From a virus (lineage: Duplodnaviria; Caudoviricetes): a stretch of 64,000 nt of DNA. How positions within the stretch are numbered: position 1 is the stretch's first letter; every line of letters begins with the position of its first letter. Positions 47,882 through 57,048 of the stretch are shown here, piece after piece. Location: positions 246,883 to 310,882 of the IMG/VR virus record IMGVR_UViG_3300011559_000001; one strand, written 5' to 3'. The notes below the pieces were generated by a model, which searched no databases, was not told where the DNA came from, and was given only the letters and a program-made list of their open reading frames with translations. A program made the position numbers and the translations under genes.

Positions 47882-48532
47882 ATGTCCGCCTTCTGGGATT
47901 TCCGTGGTCGCCGCTTCGTGGCAATCGTAGGTAGTCGCGAAGCTCCAGAAGAAGCCTTGGCAATGGCACGCGGTCTTGGCCGAGCCTTAACCGATCGAAG
48001 CATTGCCGTCAGTAGCGGTGATGCCGACGGAATGGACTTGGCAGGCTATGAAGGTGCCCTGACCTCACCCAGTTTCGATTTGGTGGGGGCACGGATCTTT
48101 CTGGCCAAGCACTGCGTCCATTACCAGACCCGCCCGCCTCGCTACGCCGATGAACGCATCTTCTTTGATGCATCCCAGTTCTACAATTGGGAGGAGGCGC
48201 AACAGTACGCCTTTGAAGCACGGGGCAGTTTTGAGCGCTTGGGCCCCTACGGAATTGCCCTGCACACTCGCAACGCGTATCAGATCCTGCTGGACGACTT
48301 GAAGTCGCCGGTGGGTTCGGTGGTTTACTGGGCCCGACCGATCGGTAAGAAAGGTCAGGTCAAAGGTGGGACCAACACAGCTGTTCAAATCGCTCGACGC
48401 TTCAACGTGCCTCAGGTGAATCTGTACACCGACGAGGGCATGCGGAAGATTGAGAGCTACATCGAAAGGAGCCGAGAGATCCATGCACAAGAACATCAGC
48501 TACCACAACTGGGGCAACCAGCAGCATCGTGA
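47882..48532 (+). CDS. SLOG/DprA-Smf family protein
   Basis: AIVGSR, SGDADGMD.A..GA, RN, GGT.TAV. Confidence 0.85.
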   Translation: MSAFWDFRGRRFVAIVGSREAPEEALAMARGLGRALTDRSIAVSSGDADGMDLAGYEGALTSPSFDLVGARIFLAKHCVHYQTRPPRYADERIFFDASQFYNWEEAQQYAFEARGSFERLGPYGIALHTRNAYQILLDDLKSPVGSVVYWARPIGKKGQVKGGTNTAVQIARRFNVPQVNLYTDEGMRKIESYIERSREIHAQEHQLPQLGQPAAS

Positions 48533-48839
48533 CAACTACGAGCGCCTGCTGAAGTACAAGATCGCACTGAACTGGATGGCCATCCTGCTGTTCGGTGTGG
48601 GCGTGGTTGCGTTCATCGTCTACGCCTTTGCCGGACTGTCGGCACTGTGGGTCGGAATGGCGATCTGGTCCATCGGTCTGTTGGGTATGGTGCTGCAGAG
48701 CAAGCGCATCGAATCCAACCTTAACCGCTACGAGCGCTTCTACGACATCTACGAAAAGCGCCATCTGGTCCGCCATCAATTCTGCTACCACTGGTGGCAG
48801 TGCTTGGTACTGCACCGCCCACTGGAAACCCAAGCATGA
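48483..48839 (+). CDS. small two-TM protein
   Basis: Two hydrophobic helices. Confidence 0.55.
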   Translation: MHKNISYHNWGNQQHRDNYERLLKYKIALNWMAILLFGVGVVAFIVYAFAGLSALWVGMAIWSIGLLGMVLQSKRIESNLNRYERFYDIYEKRHLVRHQFCYHWWQCLVLHRPLETQA

Positions 48840-49162
48840 TCCCGCGCGTGTCTGATACCTCCACCCGTCTGATGGCGCTGTGGATGAACTACGAGAACTG
48901 GAAGACGCGCTGCCAGTCTGCGCTGCTGGCTGGTGCCCTGTGCATGGCCCTGTCCCTGCTCAGCTTTCTGGCCGGCATGGCATTGCAGTTTGGGTGGTTC
49001 GAGTCACCGGCGCCGAAGGAAGACCCCGTCCCCCTGTTCCTGCTGTCCTTGGTACTGATGGTCGGTGGGATCGTCGCAAACGTGCTCTACCAACGCTGGC
49101 GGCCACATCGCCGGTACGCATTGGAATGCTATCAAAAGGAGAGTGCGATCGATGTCTGGTGA
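48836..49162 (+). CDS. small two-TM protein
   Basis: ATGA coupling; two hydrophobic helices. Confidence 0.55.
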   Translation: MIPRVSDTSTRLMALWMNYENWKTRCQSALLAGALCMALSLLSFLAGMALQFGWFESPAPKEDPVPLFLLSLVLMVGGIVANVLYQRWRPHRRYALECYQKESAIDVW

Positions 49163-49427
49163 GGAACCGAACATTGAAGAGATTCATCGGCTGCTCAGAC
49201 TCCAGGTGTGGGTCTTGTCGATCGGTGGCTATGTGGATCGCAATAACTGGTGGATTTGGAGTCTCGCCACTGTGATCTTCGTGTGTAATGTTGGACTCTG
49301 GTCCGTGGCCTTGTACTGGACTTTCACACTTCCCATGGCATTCATCCCGCGTTGGTCCAAACGACTGGCCGATCGAATCGAACGGCGCATCAAGCGCCTG
49401 CAGCAAGGATACGAGGTAAAAGCATGA
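49152..49427 (+). CDS. small membrane protein
   Basis: AAGGAG RBS; Trp-rich hydrophobic core. Confidence 0.5.
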   Translation: MSGEEPNIEEIHRLLRLQVWVLSIGGYVDRNNWWIWSLATVIFVCNVGLWSVALYWTFTLPMAFIPRWSKRLADRIERRIKRLQQGYEVKA

Positions 49428-49678
49428 ACCGCACCGAAGAGAAAGCACTTCGCGACCAGATGTTCAAGTGGAAGTCCATCCGCGACCTCCTGCGTACACT
49501 GTCATCTTCATTGCTGGGCTTCACCATCCCCTTCTGGGCGATGGTCTGCATGGGCATGTCCGATAAGTACGTGGTGGCCATCGGTATGACCATCTTCTTC
49601 GCCATTGTTGTCTCGGCGGCTGTTTTCGCATGGCGCCGTCTGGTGTATTACCGCACCCGCTATGAGGCGTGCACCTAG
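49424..49678 (+). CDS. small two-TM protein
   Basis: GAGG RBS, ATGA coupling. Confidence 0.55.
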   Translation: MNRTEEKALRDQMFKWKSIRDLLRTLSSSLLGFTIPFWAMVCMGMSDKYVVAIGMTIFFAIVVSAAVFAWRRLVYYRTRYEACT

Positions 49679-49689
49679 GAGCTAGTGGA

Positions 49690-49989
49690 ATGAGTGTTGG
49701 ACACAACAAACGCATCTTGGCCCAAAAGAAAATCGAGCGCTATCAGTTCTTCTCCAAGATCGTCGGCTTCTTTTTCTTCATCAGTGGTGCAGTCTTGCTG
49801 TTCAGCGTTGCCCTCATCGCAATGACGCATTGGAGTCGTGACTTCGCTATGTCGCTGACGTTGGTCGGCTTCACGGCCGGCTCCTTCCTGAGCCTGTTGC
49901 TCTTCGGTGCCCTGAGGAGCAGCATCGACTGCAAGATCAGTGAGGTAGTCGCTGATTTGGATCGCCTACGAAGGGGGACTTACCGATGA
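49690..49989 (+). CDS. small two-TM protein
   Basis: AGGAG RBS; two hydrophobic helices. Confidence 0.55.
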   Translation: MSVGHNKRILAQKKIERYQFFSKIVGFFFFISGAVLLFSVALIAMTHWSRDFAMSLTLVGFTAGSFLSLLLFGALRSSIDCKISEVVADLDRLRRGTYR

Positions 49990-50303
49990 GTGACTTGTAC
50001 ACGCTGCGCAACAAGCTGTTCAGGCGCGGTAACAATCGCGCTGGCCTGTCCACGATGTTCATGGGCCTGTTCTGGACCAGCGGTGCAACTGCGGTACTGA
50101 TCGCAGTGATCACCCTGTTCTTCTCTTTCTTCAACCTCTACCCCGAACCCTCTGCCCTGCTGTTCCCGTTGGTGATGGCCCTTGTTTCATGGGTCAGCCG
50201 CCGGTTGCAGCTGTGGTTCCGCCAACTTGCCCAAGACGATGAACGTCGTGTCAGCGAATTGGACTTCCAGATCTATCGCCCGAAAGGAACTGTTGCACTA
50301 TGA
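49986..50303 (+). CDS. small two-TM protein
   Basis: ATGA coupling on both sides. Confidence 0.55.
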   Translation: MSDLYTLRNKLFRRGNNRAGLSTMFMGLFWTSGATAVLIAVITLFFSFFNLYPEPSALLFPLVMALVSWVSRRLQLWFRQLAQDDERRVSELDFQIYRPKGTVAL

Positions 50304-51586
50304 AGCAATACACCGACCTGCTGCGCCGCATTCAGAAAGAAGGCCGCCTGAAGGAAAACCGCACCGGCGTCAACACCATCAGCCTGCTGGGTCCGCAGAT
50401 GGAGTTCGACCTGTCCCAAGGTTTCCCGTTGGAAGACCTGCGTCCGATCTTCTTCCGTGGTGTGGTCGCCGAGAACCTGTGGTTCCTGGCCGGCACCTGC
50501 AACAACGAAGACCTGCTCAAGCAGGACGTCAAGATCTGGGACAAGTGGGCCCTGAAGGAAGACTGGACCAAGGAAGTGCCGCGCCAGCTGCCGGACGTGG
50601 TCATCAGCTACCAGGACCTGCGCCTGTCCCAGCTGGAAAACCGCGACGAACTGGACGAAGACCAGGTCAAGGAACTGCGCAACAGCTACGTGCAGGAACT
50701 GCATCTGGCCGACGAACGTGACAACGCGCTGGGCCTTCCGACCATCCGCGATCCGAAGGACGCCAAGTCCAACGACGACCTGAAGGGCGGCGTGTCGCTG
50801 CTGCGCGAAGCCGGCATCAGCCTGACCGAAACCCAGCTGCTGCTGCCCAAGGGCTACCTGGGCCCGATCTACGGCGTGTTGTGGCGCCAGTGGTTGGACC
50901 AACAGGGTCAGGTCATCGACCAGATCCAGACCATGATCGACAAGCTCAGCTCGGACAACCCCAAGCTGCGCTATTCGCGCGCGAATATCGTCACCGCCTA
51001 CCAGCCGGGCGCACTGCCCGATGAAACCCTCGGCGCCGAGGAGAACATCAAGAACGGCAAGCAGGCGCTGGCGGCATGCCACACCTTCTTCCAGCTGTTC
51101 GCTGAGCCGCTGACCCTGCAGGAGCGCCTGCAGCTGTACTACGCCGCCCGCCCGGAACTGGAAGACGAGAGCGACCAGCCGGACATGGCGCGCCTGGAGG
51201 AGTACACGGCACGTCTGGATGAGTGCGGTGTGGCCAAGGATCAGCTGACTCTGAAGCTGTACCAGCGCAGTGCCGACTTCCCGGTCGGCGTGCCGTTCAA
51301 CATCGCCGGCTATGCCATGCTGACGATGATGTTCGCCAAGCAGCTGAACATGAAGCCGGCCAAGTTCATCCACAGCTTCGGCGATGCCCACATCTACGTG
51401 GACCAGCTGGACGGCGTGGAAGAGCTGCTGGCTCGTGCCGATGATCCGGCCAACCAGGACCGTCCACTGCCGACCCTGGAAATCGCCGACGGCGTGGCGT
51501 CGATCTTCGACTACAAGCCCGAAGACTTCACGCTGGTGGGCTACAACCCGATCAAGCCGCAGATCGCGTTCCCGGTCGCCGTCTAA
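50300..51586 (+). CDS. thyA: thymidylate synthase with two insertions
   Basis: NRTGV, IWDKW, LGPIYG..WR, LAACH, YQRSAD...GVPFNIA.Y, GDAHIY. Confidence 0.95.
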   Translation: MKQYTDLLRRIQKEGRLKENRTGVNTISLLGPQMEFDLSQGFPLEDLRPIFFRGVVAENLWFLAGTCNNEDLLKQDVKIWDKWALKEDWTKEVPRQLPDVVISYQDLRLSQLENRDELDEDQVKELRNSYVQELHLADERDNALGLPTIRDPKDAKSNDDLKGGVSLLREAGISLTETQLLLPKGYLGPIYGVLWRQWLDQQGQVIDQIQTMIDKLSSDNPKLRYSRANIVTAYQPGALPDETLGAEENIKNGKQALAACHTFFQLFAEPLTLQERLQLYYAARPELEDESDQPDMARLEEYTARLDECGVAKDQLTLKLYQRSADFPVGVPFNIAGYAMLTMMFAKQLNMKPAKFIHSFGDAHIYVDQLDGVEELLARADDPANQDRPLPTLEIADGVASIFDYKPEDFTLVGYNPIKPQIAFPVAV

Positions 51587-51641
51587 ACGGCACATGGCCC
51601 CACCCTTCGGGGTGGGGCTTTCTACTCCCAAAAGGACAGAC

Positions 51642-51974
51642 ATGGACTACGCCAAGTTTCAACGACGCACTTGGTCCAAGAAGCGCTGGGCTTATGGTGT
51701 TGGGATGGTACTGGTGACGCTTCATTGCGTATCGTGCTTTGTTCCAATCATCGCCATGTACGAAGCGGAGAAAGCGGGCTTCGGCTGGATTGGCCTTACT
51801 GCCGGATTCGTGGCTTTCTTTGTCAACCTTGTTCTGTGTGTGCGTGCTCAATGGTACATGCGGATGTGGGAGATGATGCTGGATGGCTATGAACGACGCC
51901 ATGGACTGAACACGGAGTATCATGAATTCGTGGATGACATGAAACGTCAAGGTAAATGGCCAAGGACCTACTAA
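51642..51974 (+). CDS. small two-TM protein
   Basis: AAGGA RBS; two hydrophobic helices. Confidence 0.55.
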   Translation: MDYAKFQRRTWSKKRWAYGVGMVLVTLHCVSCFVPIIAMYEAEKAGFGWIGLTAGFVAFFVNLVLCVRAQWYMRMWEMMLDGYERRHGLNTEYHEFVDDMKRQGKWPRTY

Positions 51975-51982
51975 GGGAACCC

Positions 51983-52156
51983 ATGGATACCTTTCTGAAG
52001 TACCTCAACGAGCACCCGGCTGTTGCTGACAGCCTGTTCTGGACGTTGTTCATCCTCGTCCTCGGCGGGTTGGTCATCTCCATCATGCTCGCCGCTTTCT
52101 TCCCTTCCAAAAAGAACAAGCCCGATCGCCATTACGGTGGTGGGTTCGTGGAGTAA
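51983..52156 (+). CDS. small single-TM protein
   Basis: AAGGG RBS; one hydrophobic helix. Confidence 0.5.
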   Translation: MDTFLKYLNEHPAVADSLFWTLFILVLGGLVISIMLAAFFPSKKNKPDRHYGGGFVE

Positions 52157-52158
52157 CA

Positions 52159-52725
52159 ATGAGCGAGATTCCACTGCGTACCTCCGCCGACGACCAAGCC
52201 CTGTCGACTGTGATCGGGCACATCAAGCACTCCTACGCACTGCGTACTGCCTGTGCCCTGCTGGGCAACTATCGCGACATCATCAGGCGCCGCGATTGGT
52301 TCGTCCAAGACCACGTACTTGTCCCTGGCCAACGCGCCAGCATCGAACAGCAGCGTCAGTACGGCACGATCGTCTACAATGCCGGCCGCAATTCGGGACA
52401 GACCTTCCTCGCCCAAATGCTCTGCCATCAAGGCACGATCGTCTATGCCCCCAACGGCCCCGCCGAAGGTTTCGCCTACATCCGCAGCACCACTGGCGTC
52501 GCTGACCAGCTGCCTGACGGTCTGTACCAAGGCGTGCTTCAGGCTTCGGTCGTCACCGATCACGATGACTTCATCGAAGCACTGCGCGAGGGCGCGTTCG
52601 AATCTGCGCTGATCTACGGCACCCGCTCGCTTCTGGACTTTGACGTCACAAGTCCCAGCGCCTTCCTCGACGAGGTTGCCAGCCACTTGGTTGGTGATCT
52701 GCCTTCCATCCACGTTATCGCCTAA
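52159..52725 (+). CDS. hypothetical protein (degenerate P-loop-like GRNSGQT)
   Basis: GGAG RBS. Confidence 0.55.
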   Translation: MSEIPLRTSADDQALSTVIGHIKHSYALRTACALLGNYRDIIRRRDWFVQDHVLVPGQRASIEQQRQYGTIVYNAGRNSGQTFLAQMLCHQGTIVYAPNGPAEGFAYIRSTTGVADQLPDGLYQGVLQASVVTDHDDFIEALREGAFESALIYGTRSLLDFDVTSPSAFLDEVASHLVGDLPSIHVIA

Positions 52726-52731
52726 GTTGCC

Positions 52732-53604
52732 ATGACCTCCCAAATCACCGCCAAGATCCTCAAGCTGCTGGACAGCACCGACATCACCGGTCGCTACCGC
52801 ACCCACCTCAACACCTATCGTGACGGTCGCGACTACGCCAAGCTGGCCTACCACAATTCCGGCCATGTCAGCCAGGTCCTGAACCTGTTTGAAGTCCTGC
52901 GCAAGCTCTCCGGCAAGGGCTTCTCCAAGATCGACCTGAAGCGTGCCGAGCTGGCTATCGTCTTCCACGACGCCGACCACAGCGGCCACCCGGATAGCTA
53001 CGTCGATGACTACGGCATGCGCAATGTCCACCGTGCCCATCGCCACTTCCTGAAGTGGGCCGAGGAAAACAACCTGCCCGAGTCGGAGCAGGTCATCATC
53101 GCCAACTACATCCACATGACCGAGTACCCGATCTCCGGTGACTGGTCTGTGCACCCGCAGGTGAACGAAGAGTTGGTCGGCCTGATCCGCGACGCCGACT
53201 GCCTGTGGGGTATGATGCCGGGCAATGCCGAGATGTGCATGCTGGGCCTGTGGGCCGAACGCCGCAACGTCGGTTTGGAAGCGGATGAAATCGACATCCG
53301 CAAGGTCCTGACCAATCAGGTCAAGTTCCTGGGCAACTACCAGCCGCACTCGGTCGTGGGTCGCACCTTCCGCAATGCGATGGCTGACAGCGCCGGCCTG
53401 GCATTTGCCACCGTGGCCATGGAATACCAGCGTCAGCTGATGGCCGCTGACATGATCAGCGAACTGTCCGACGATGAAGTCCTGCGCCTGCGCGATGGTC
53501 TCAAGCAGGGCGTGCGCCAGATGGCAGCTGCTGTCGATCCGGCCTCGACGTATCCGACCACCCAGTCGGTCCCCGAACTGCTGCCCGGCGAGAAGGCAGT
53601 CTAA
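52732..53604 (+). CDS. HD-domain phosphohydrolase (class I PDE-like motifs)
   Basis: YHNSGH, FHDADHSG, IRDAD. Confidence 0.8.
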   Translation: MTSQITAKILKLLDSTDITGRYRTHLNTYRDGRDYAKLAYHNSGHVSQVLNLFEVLRKLSGKGFSKIDLKRAELAIVFHDADHSGHPDSYVDDYGMRNVHRAHRHFLKWAEENNLPESEQVIIANYIHMTEYPISGDWSVHPQVNEELVGLIRDADCLWGMMPGNAEMCMLGLWAERRNVGLEADEIDIRKVLTNQVKFLGNYQPHSVVGRTFRNAMADSAGLAFATVAMEYQRQLMAADMISELSDDEVLRLRDGLKQGVRQMAAAVDPASTYPTTQSVPELLPGEKAV

Positions 53605-53620
53605 CCAACAAGGAACCACC

Positions 53621-53857
53621 ATGTGTAACTGTGAACGTGATCCGATCAAGGAAGCGTGGCTGATCATTCTGTGCAGTTTCATCGGTCTTCCGATGTTCTT
53701 CGTCGGTCTGGTCTTGCTGGCCACCGGTGCTGCCTCCGGACTGTTCCCGATGACGGTCACCGGCGGTGGCCTGATGGGTGTGGGCGGCGCACTGCTGTGG
53801 TGGTTCTTCAAGCTGTGCGGGTATCCATTCGCCAATGGCGGCGTGGCCCGCTGGTAA
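53621..53857 (+). CDS. small two-TM protein
   Basis: AAGGA RBS; hydrophobic. Confidence 0.55.
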   Translation: MCNCERDPIKEAWLIILCSFIGLPMFFVGLVLLATGAASGLFPMTVTGGGLMGVGGALLWWFFKLCGYPFANGGVARW

Positions 53858-53911
53858 ACACCGGGGCGGCCTTCGGGCCGCTCTTTTATTCACTCAACCA
53901 AGGAAGTTGTA

Positions 53912-54406
53912 ATGTTTGCCAAGAAACTCTCGAGCTGGAAAGCCTTCGCTGTTGTGATGGTGCTGTTTGCCCTGGCCGCACTCACCCTGTATTCGCCTAA
54001 GGCCCACGCCACCGACAAGGTCATCGGTGAAGTCTCCACCGGCACCCAGATCTTCGGGCCGGACCACAGCGTGGGTGTGATCCGTTTCCAGGACCCCAAG
54101 ATCCCCAACGCGTGGTGCTATCTGGCCCGTGCGCAGACCGGTGGCTTTGCTGCCAACTTCGGTATGGCTGAGGACCCTTCCGAGTTCACCATCGACTGTT
54201 TCTCCAAGGGCGTGCTGAAGCTGCCGGCGGGTCTGCCGGCTAAGGAAGAAGTTTCCCGTACCAGCCGTTCGGCTGTGTTCAAGGAAATGATCGTCCAGCG
54301 CTTCGTCGACACCGAAGCCCAGCGTGTGGTGTATCTGGTCTACACCCGCAAGCTGTGGGAGGGCTCGCCGAAGAACGCCATGTCCTCCATCCCCTACGAG
54401 CCCTGA
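53912..54406 (+). CDS. creA: CreA family exported protein
   Basis: Signal peptide; IGEVST, F.DPKI..C Y..RA.TGG, AEDPS...IDC, S.VFK..V.R..D, LVY.RKL.EGSPKN. Confidence 0.85.
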   Translation: MFAKKLSSWKAFAVVMVLFALAALTLYSPKAHATDKVIGEVSTGTQIFGPDHSVGVIRFQDPKIPNAWCYLARAQTGGFAANFGMAEDPSEFTIDCFSKGVLKLPAGLPAKEEVSRTSRSAVFKEMIVQRFVDTEAQRVVYLVYTRKLWEGSPKNAMSSIPYEP

Positions 54407-54408
54407 TC

Positions 54409-54813
54409 ATGGCCGACTCCCCGAAGTGCGACCACAGCGGTCGTGACCCGAACCCGCTGCAACCACCCCAGCGTTACAAGGGTATGGCCTTCCACCACTG
54501 GGTGGAGCGCATTGACTACGACGGCCGGGCGTGTGGACTGGAAGTCTACCAGTGGCAGCCGGGCGTCCAGAAGTGGTGCTACCCCAACCAGTACGCCTGT
54601 GGTCAGGACAAGGAACTGGTGCATTACCGCTGGGTGGCTCTGTGTCCGATCCCGCCCTTCAAGGAAGAAGTGGCGGATGTCCAGAAGATCATCGAACGTC
54701 TGCGTCAGTCCTTCGCCGAAGGCTCCACCGACGCGCCGGGCGTGCTCACCCGTGAGGAGTTCGCTATGATCTCCATGATGTTCGCTGAAAATATCGCCCC
54801 GAGGAGTGCGTGA
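54409..54813 (+). CDS. hypothetical protein
   Basis: ORF directly after creA. Confidence 0.55.
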   Translation: MADSPKCDHSGRDPNPLQPPQRYKGMAFHHWVERIDYDGRACGLEVYQWQPGVQKWCYPNQYACGQDKELVHYRWVALCPIPPFKEEVADVQKIIERLRQSFAEGSTDAPGVLTREEFAMISMMFAENIAPRSA

Positions 54814-55052
54814 TGTGCGACCGCTTCGGTAAGTGCAGTAAGTACGTGGAACACACCTCGTACTTCATGATCGTGTCGGTAGTGCTGTTGGTTGCATCAC
54901 TGGGTACGTTCGTGCGCCTGTTCATGCGTTTCTTCGAAGGTGCACTGACGCAAGGTCACTTCCCGGAAATGTGGGGCCTGTTTGTGGTGGCCGCAATCAC
55001 TGGCGGGCTGGGTGTGCTCTTTGCTTTTGTGACGGTCCACCGACTGCGTTAA
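54810..55052 (+). CDS. small two-TM protein
   Basis: GAGGAG RBS; two hydrophobic helices. Confidence 0.55.
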   Translation: MMCDRFGKCSKYVEHTSYFMIVSVVLLVASLGTFVRLFMRFFEGALTQGHFPEMWGLFVVAAITGGLGVLFAFVTVHRLR

Positions 55053-55085
55053 ACGAGTAGTTTTTTACTCGACTAGTTTAATCCT

Positions 55086-55270
55086 TTGCACCAGACCGCC
55101 CGTCGCGTTTGTGAAATTGGAACGGCTAAGATCCAGACCATCCTTAGGTGGCCTGTGGAGCTTGACCCAGATCGCGAGCAGTCACGTGGAGAAGCTTCTC
55201 CTAGGTCGAACATCCACGGCAGAGATGCACAGACACGATCAGTAGTGAACGTGGCCGGCGGCTGGTGCAA
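55086..55270. ncRNA. putative 185-nt rod-shaped structured RNA
   Basis: TTGCACCAG/CTGGTGCAA, CCGCC/GGCGG, GTCGCGTTT/GAACGTGGC closing stem; inner CTGTGGA/TCCACGG and TTGACC/GGTCGA. Confidence 0.5.
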
Positions 55271-55288
55271 TCTCATTTAGGAGTTCCT

Positions 55289-55510
55289 ATGAGTCAGTCT
55301 GAAACGCGAATCTCTTTGGAGCATTCGCAAGAGTTGGTGGACAAAGCAAGCGCTGCGGTTGCGGCGTTGCAAGAACTGGCATCAGCTGACCAGAGGATCA
55401 CCCATGGTCTCAGTCCTGATCCGCACCTGACCAAGGCGCTGGATGAACTGGAACTGTATCAGCTGCGCATTAAGTCGCAGCACATACGCATCGCTACACT
55501 TGGTCGTTGA
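55289..55510 (+). CDS. hypothetical protein
   Basis: AGGAG RBS. Confidence 0.5.
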   Translation: MSQSETRISLEHSQELVDKASAAVAALQELASADQRITHGLSPDPHLTKALDELELYQLRIKSQHIRIATLGR

Positions 55511-55526
55511 GCGATGTGAGAGATTC

Positions 55527-55550
55527 ACCGGAAGTGGCGGAATTGGTAGA
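55527..55550 (+). pseudogene. tRNA 5' fragment (Leu-type acceptor/D-arm start)
   Basis: ACCGGAAGTGGCGGAATTGGTAGA with no downstream arms. Confidence 0.45.
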
Positions 55551-55561
55551 TTGACTTTAAA

Positions 55562-55648
55562 GCCCAAGTGTCCAAATTGGTAAAGGAACTGCACTCAAAA
55601 TGCAGCGGCCGTGAGGCCTTGTCGGTTCGAGTCCGACCTTGGGCACCA
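55562..55648 (+). tRNA. tRNA-Leu(CAA)
   Basis: Cloverleaf, CTGCA-CTCAAAA-TGCAG, long variable arm, CCA. Confidence 0.9.
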
Positions 55649-55670
55649 TTCCATCCGGACCAATAGATTA

Positions 55671-55758
55671 GGGTTGATGGCTGAGAGGCTTAAGGTAGGC
55701 GCTTGGAAAGCGTCCGTGGGTAACACCACCACAGGTTCGAATCCTGTTCAACCCGCCA
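55671..55758 (+). tRNA. tRNA-Ser(GGA)
   Basis: Cloverleaf, GGCGC-TTGGAAA-GCGTC, long variable arm, GCCA. Confidence 0.9.
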
Positions 55759-55836
55759 GTTGCATTAAGTTGTAAGGCCGAAAGCTTAGCGATAGGTTTT
55801 TGACCTTACCACTTAAAACAGAACAAGGTAGTCCTA

Positions 55837-56133
55837 ATGAGCACCATTCGCAAGATCCGCACGATTTCCACGGAAGGAATGGTTCGGCAGGACATTGAAG
55901 TCCCGGAAGACAGACTCCTCTACGGCGATGCGATCTTGGAAAAGGTCAAGGCGTTGTTTGAGGCTGATCCGGAAGCGAAAGCTATCCTGGTGGGCATCGA
56001 CGTGAATGGTTTCAACTCACGTCGTGAAGAGGGTAACGCCTTTGCTGCACTGCGTGCAGCGGGCTACGGCTGGACCCTGACGGCTTTTGACCGCAGGTCC
56101 CAGTACGACGGCGTCCTTGTGACCCGCAAGTAA
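55837..56133 (+). CDS. hypothetical protein
   Basis: AAGG RBS. Confidence 0.55.
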   Translation: MSTIRKIRTISTEGMVRQDIEVPEDRLLYGDAILEKVKALFEADPEAKAILVGIDVNGFNSRREEGNAFAALRAAGYGWTLTAFDRRSQYDGVLVTRK

Positions 56134-56397
56134 CATCTCCTTCCTAGACCGTTGGCTGCAAAGCTGAGAAGCACGGCGTACGCCATCCGCCGGAGTGAAG
56201 TGTCTAGGCCGGGAGTTGGCAAATCAGAGTGTAGCTGCGGGTGCAGACTCTGAGGGTCCTGACTTAAAGCAAGCGTGTCGCCAGTCAGCGACATAACTAA
56301 CCCTGCCCTAAACCCGCCCTTCGGGGCGGGTGTTTTTATACCTTAGGTGGTCTGGAGAGGATTCGAAAACAATCTAACTTCCTAAAGGTGTAAGACA

Positions 56398-57048
56398 ATG
56401 CGTAAGATCCCCGTTGTATTTGTGATGGACTTCGATACCGAACAAGTAACGCCGGCTGTCAAGCCGGGTTGTGAGTGGGTGGTTGAAGGGGAAGGTATCG
56501 CCACTCTCAAGGTGGACGGTTCTGCAGCCCGCTATCATGAAGGGAAACTCTGGAAGCGCTTTGACCGTAAGCTCAACAAGCAAGCCCAGTGGCTCTTCGA
56601 TAACGACCGCCTGCCCGCGGTTGAGGAGCACCACTTCCGTGCCAAGCCTGACGGTTTTGTACCGTGTGAGGCAACGCCGGATCCGGTCACGTTCCACTGG
56701 CCGGGCTGGGTGCCCGTGTCGGCCGACAACCCGGCTGACAAGTATCATCTGGAAGCCCTGAGTAACCTGAAGGCTCCCTTGAGCGAAGGACAGACCTACG
56801 AGCTCGTGGGTCCGACCCTGGCCGGCAATCCCTACGAACTCACGACTCACCAGTTGGTGGCTCACGGTGATCCGTTGGAGATTGCTGATCGCAGTTTCGA
56901 AGGCTTGCGTCAGTTTCTGACGGCAACCTACATTGAAGGGGTGGTGTTCCATCACCCGGACGGTCGTATGGCGAAGCTGCGTCGCAAGGACTTCAAGTTG
57001 TTCTGGGTGAAGGAAGATACCCGGGTGAGCAAGCGTAAGAAGCGTTGA
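56398..57048 (+). CDS. RNA ligase (nucleotidyltransferase; Rnl2/DUF5565-like)
   Basis: Motif I KVDG, YELVGP, EGVV, AKLRRKDF. Confidence 0.8.
   Translation: MRKIPVVFVMDFDTEQVTPAVKPGCEWVVEGEGIATLKVDGSAARYHEGKLWKRFDRKLNKQAQWLFDNDRLPAVEEHHFRAKPDGFVPCEATPDPVTFHWPGWVPVSADNPADKYHLEALSNLKAPLSEGQTYELVGPTLAGNPYELTTHQLVAHGDPLEIADRSFEGLRQFLTATYIEGVVFHHPDGRMAKLRRKDFKLFWVKEDTRVSKRKKR

Noticed and set aside
50560-50850. thyA insertion as an intron or intein
   Set aside because: It is in frame with host-gene codon usage and has no intein C..HN termini or homing-endonuclease motif; it looks like an ordinary protein insertion.
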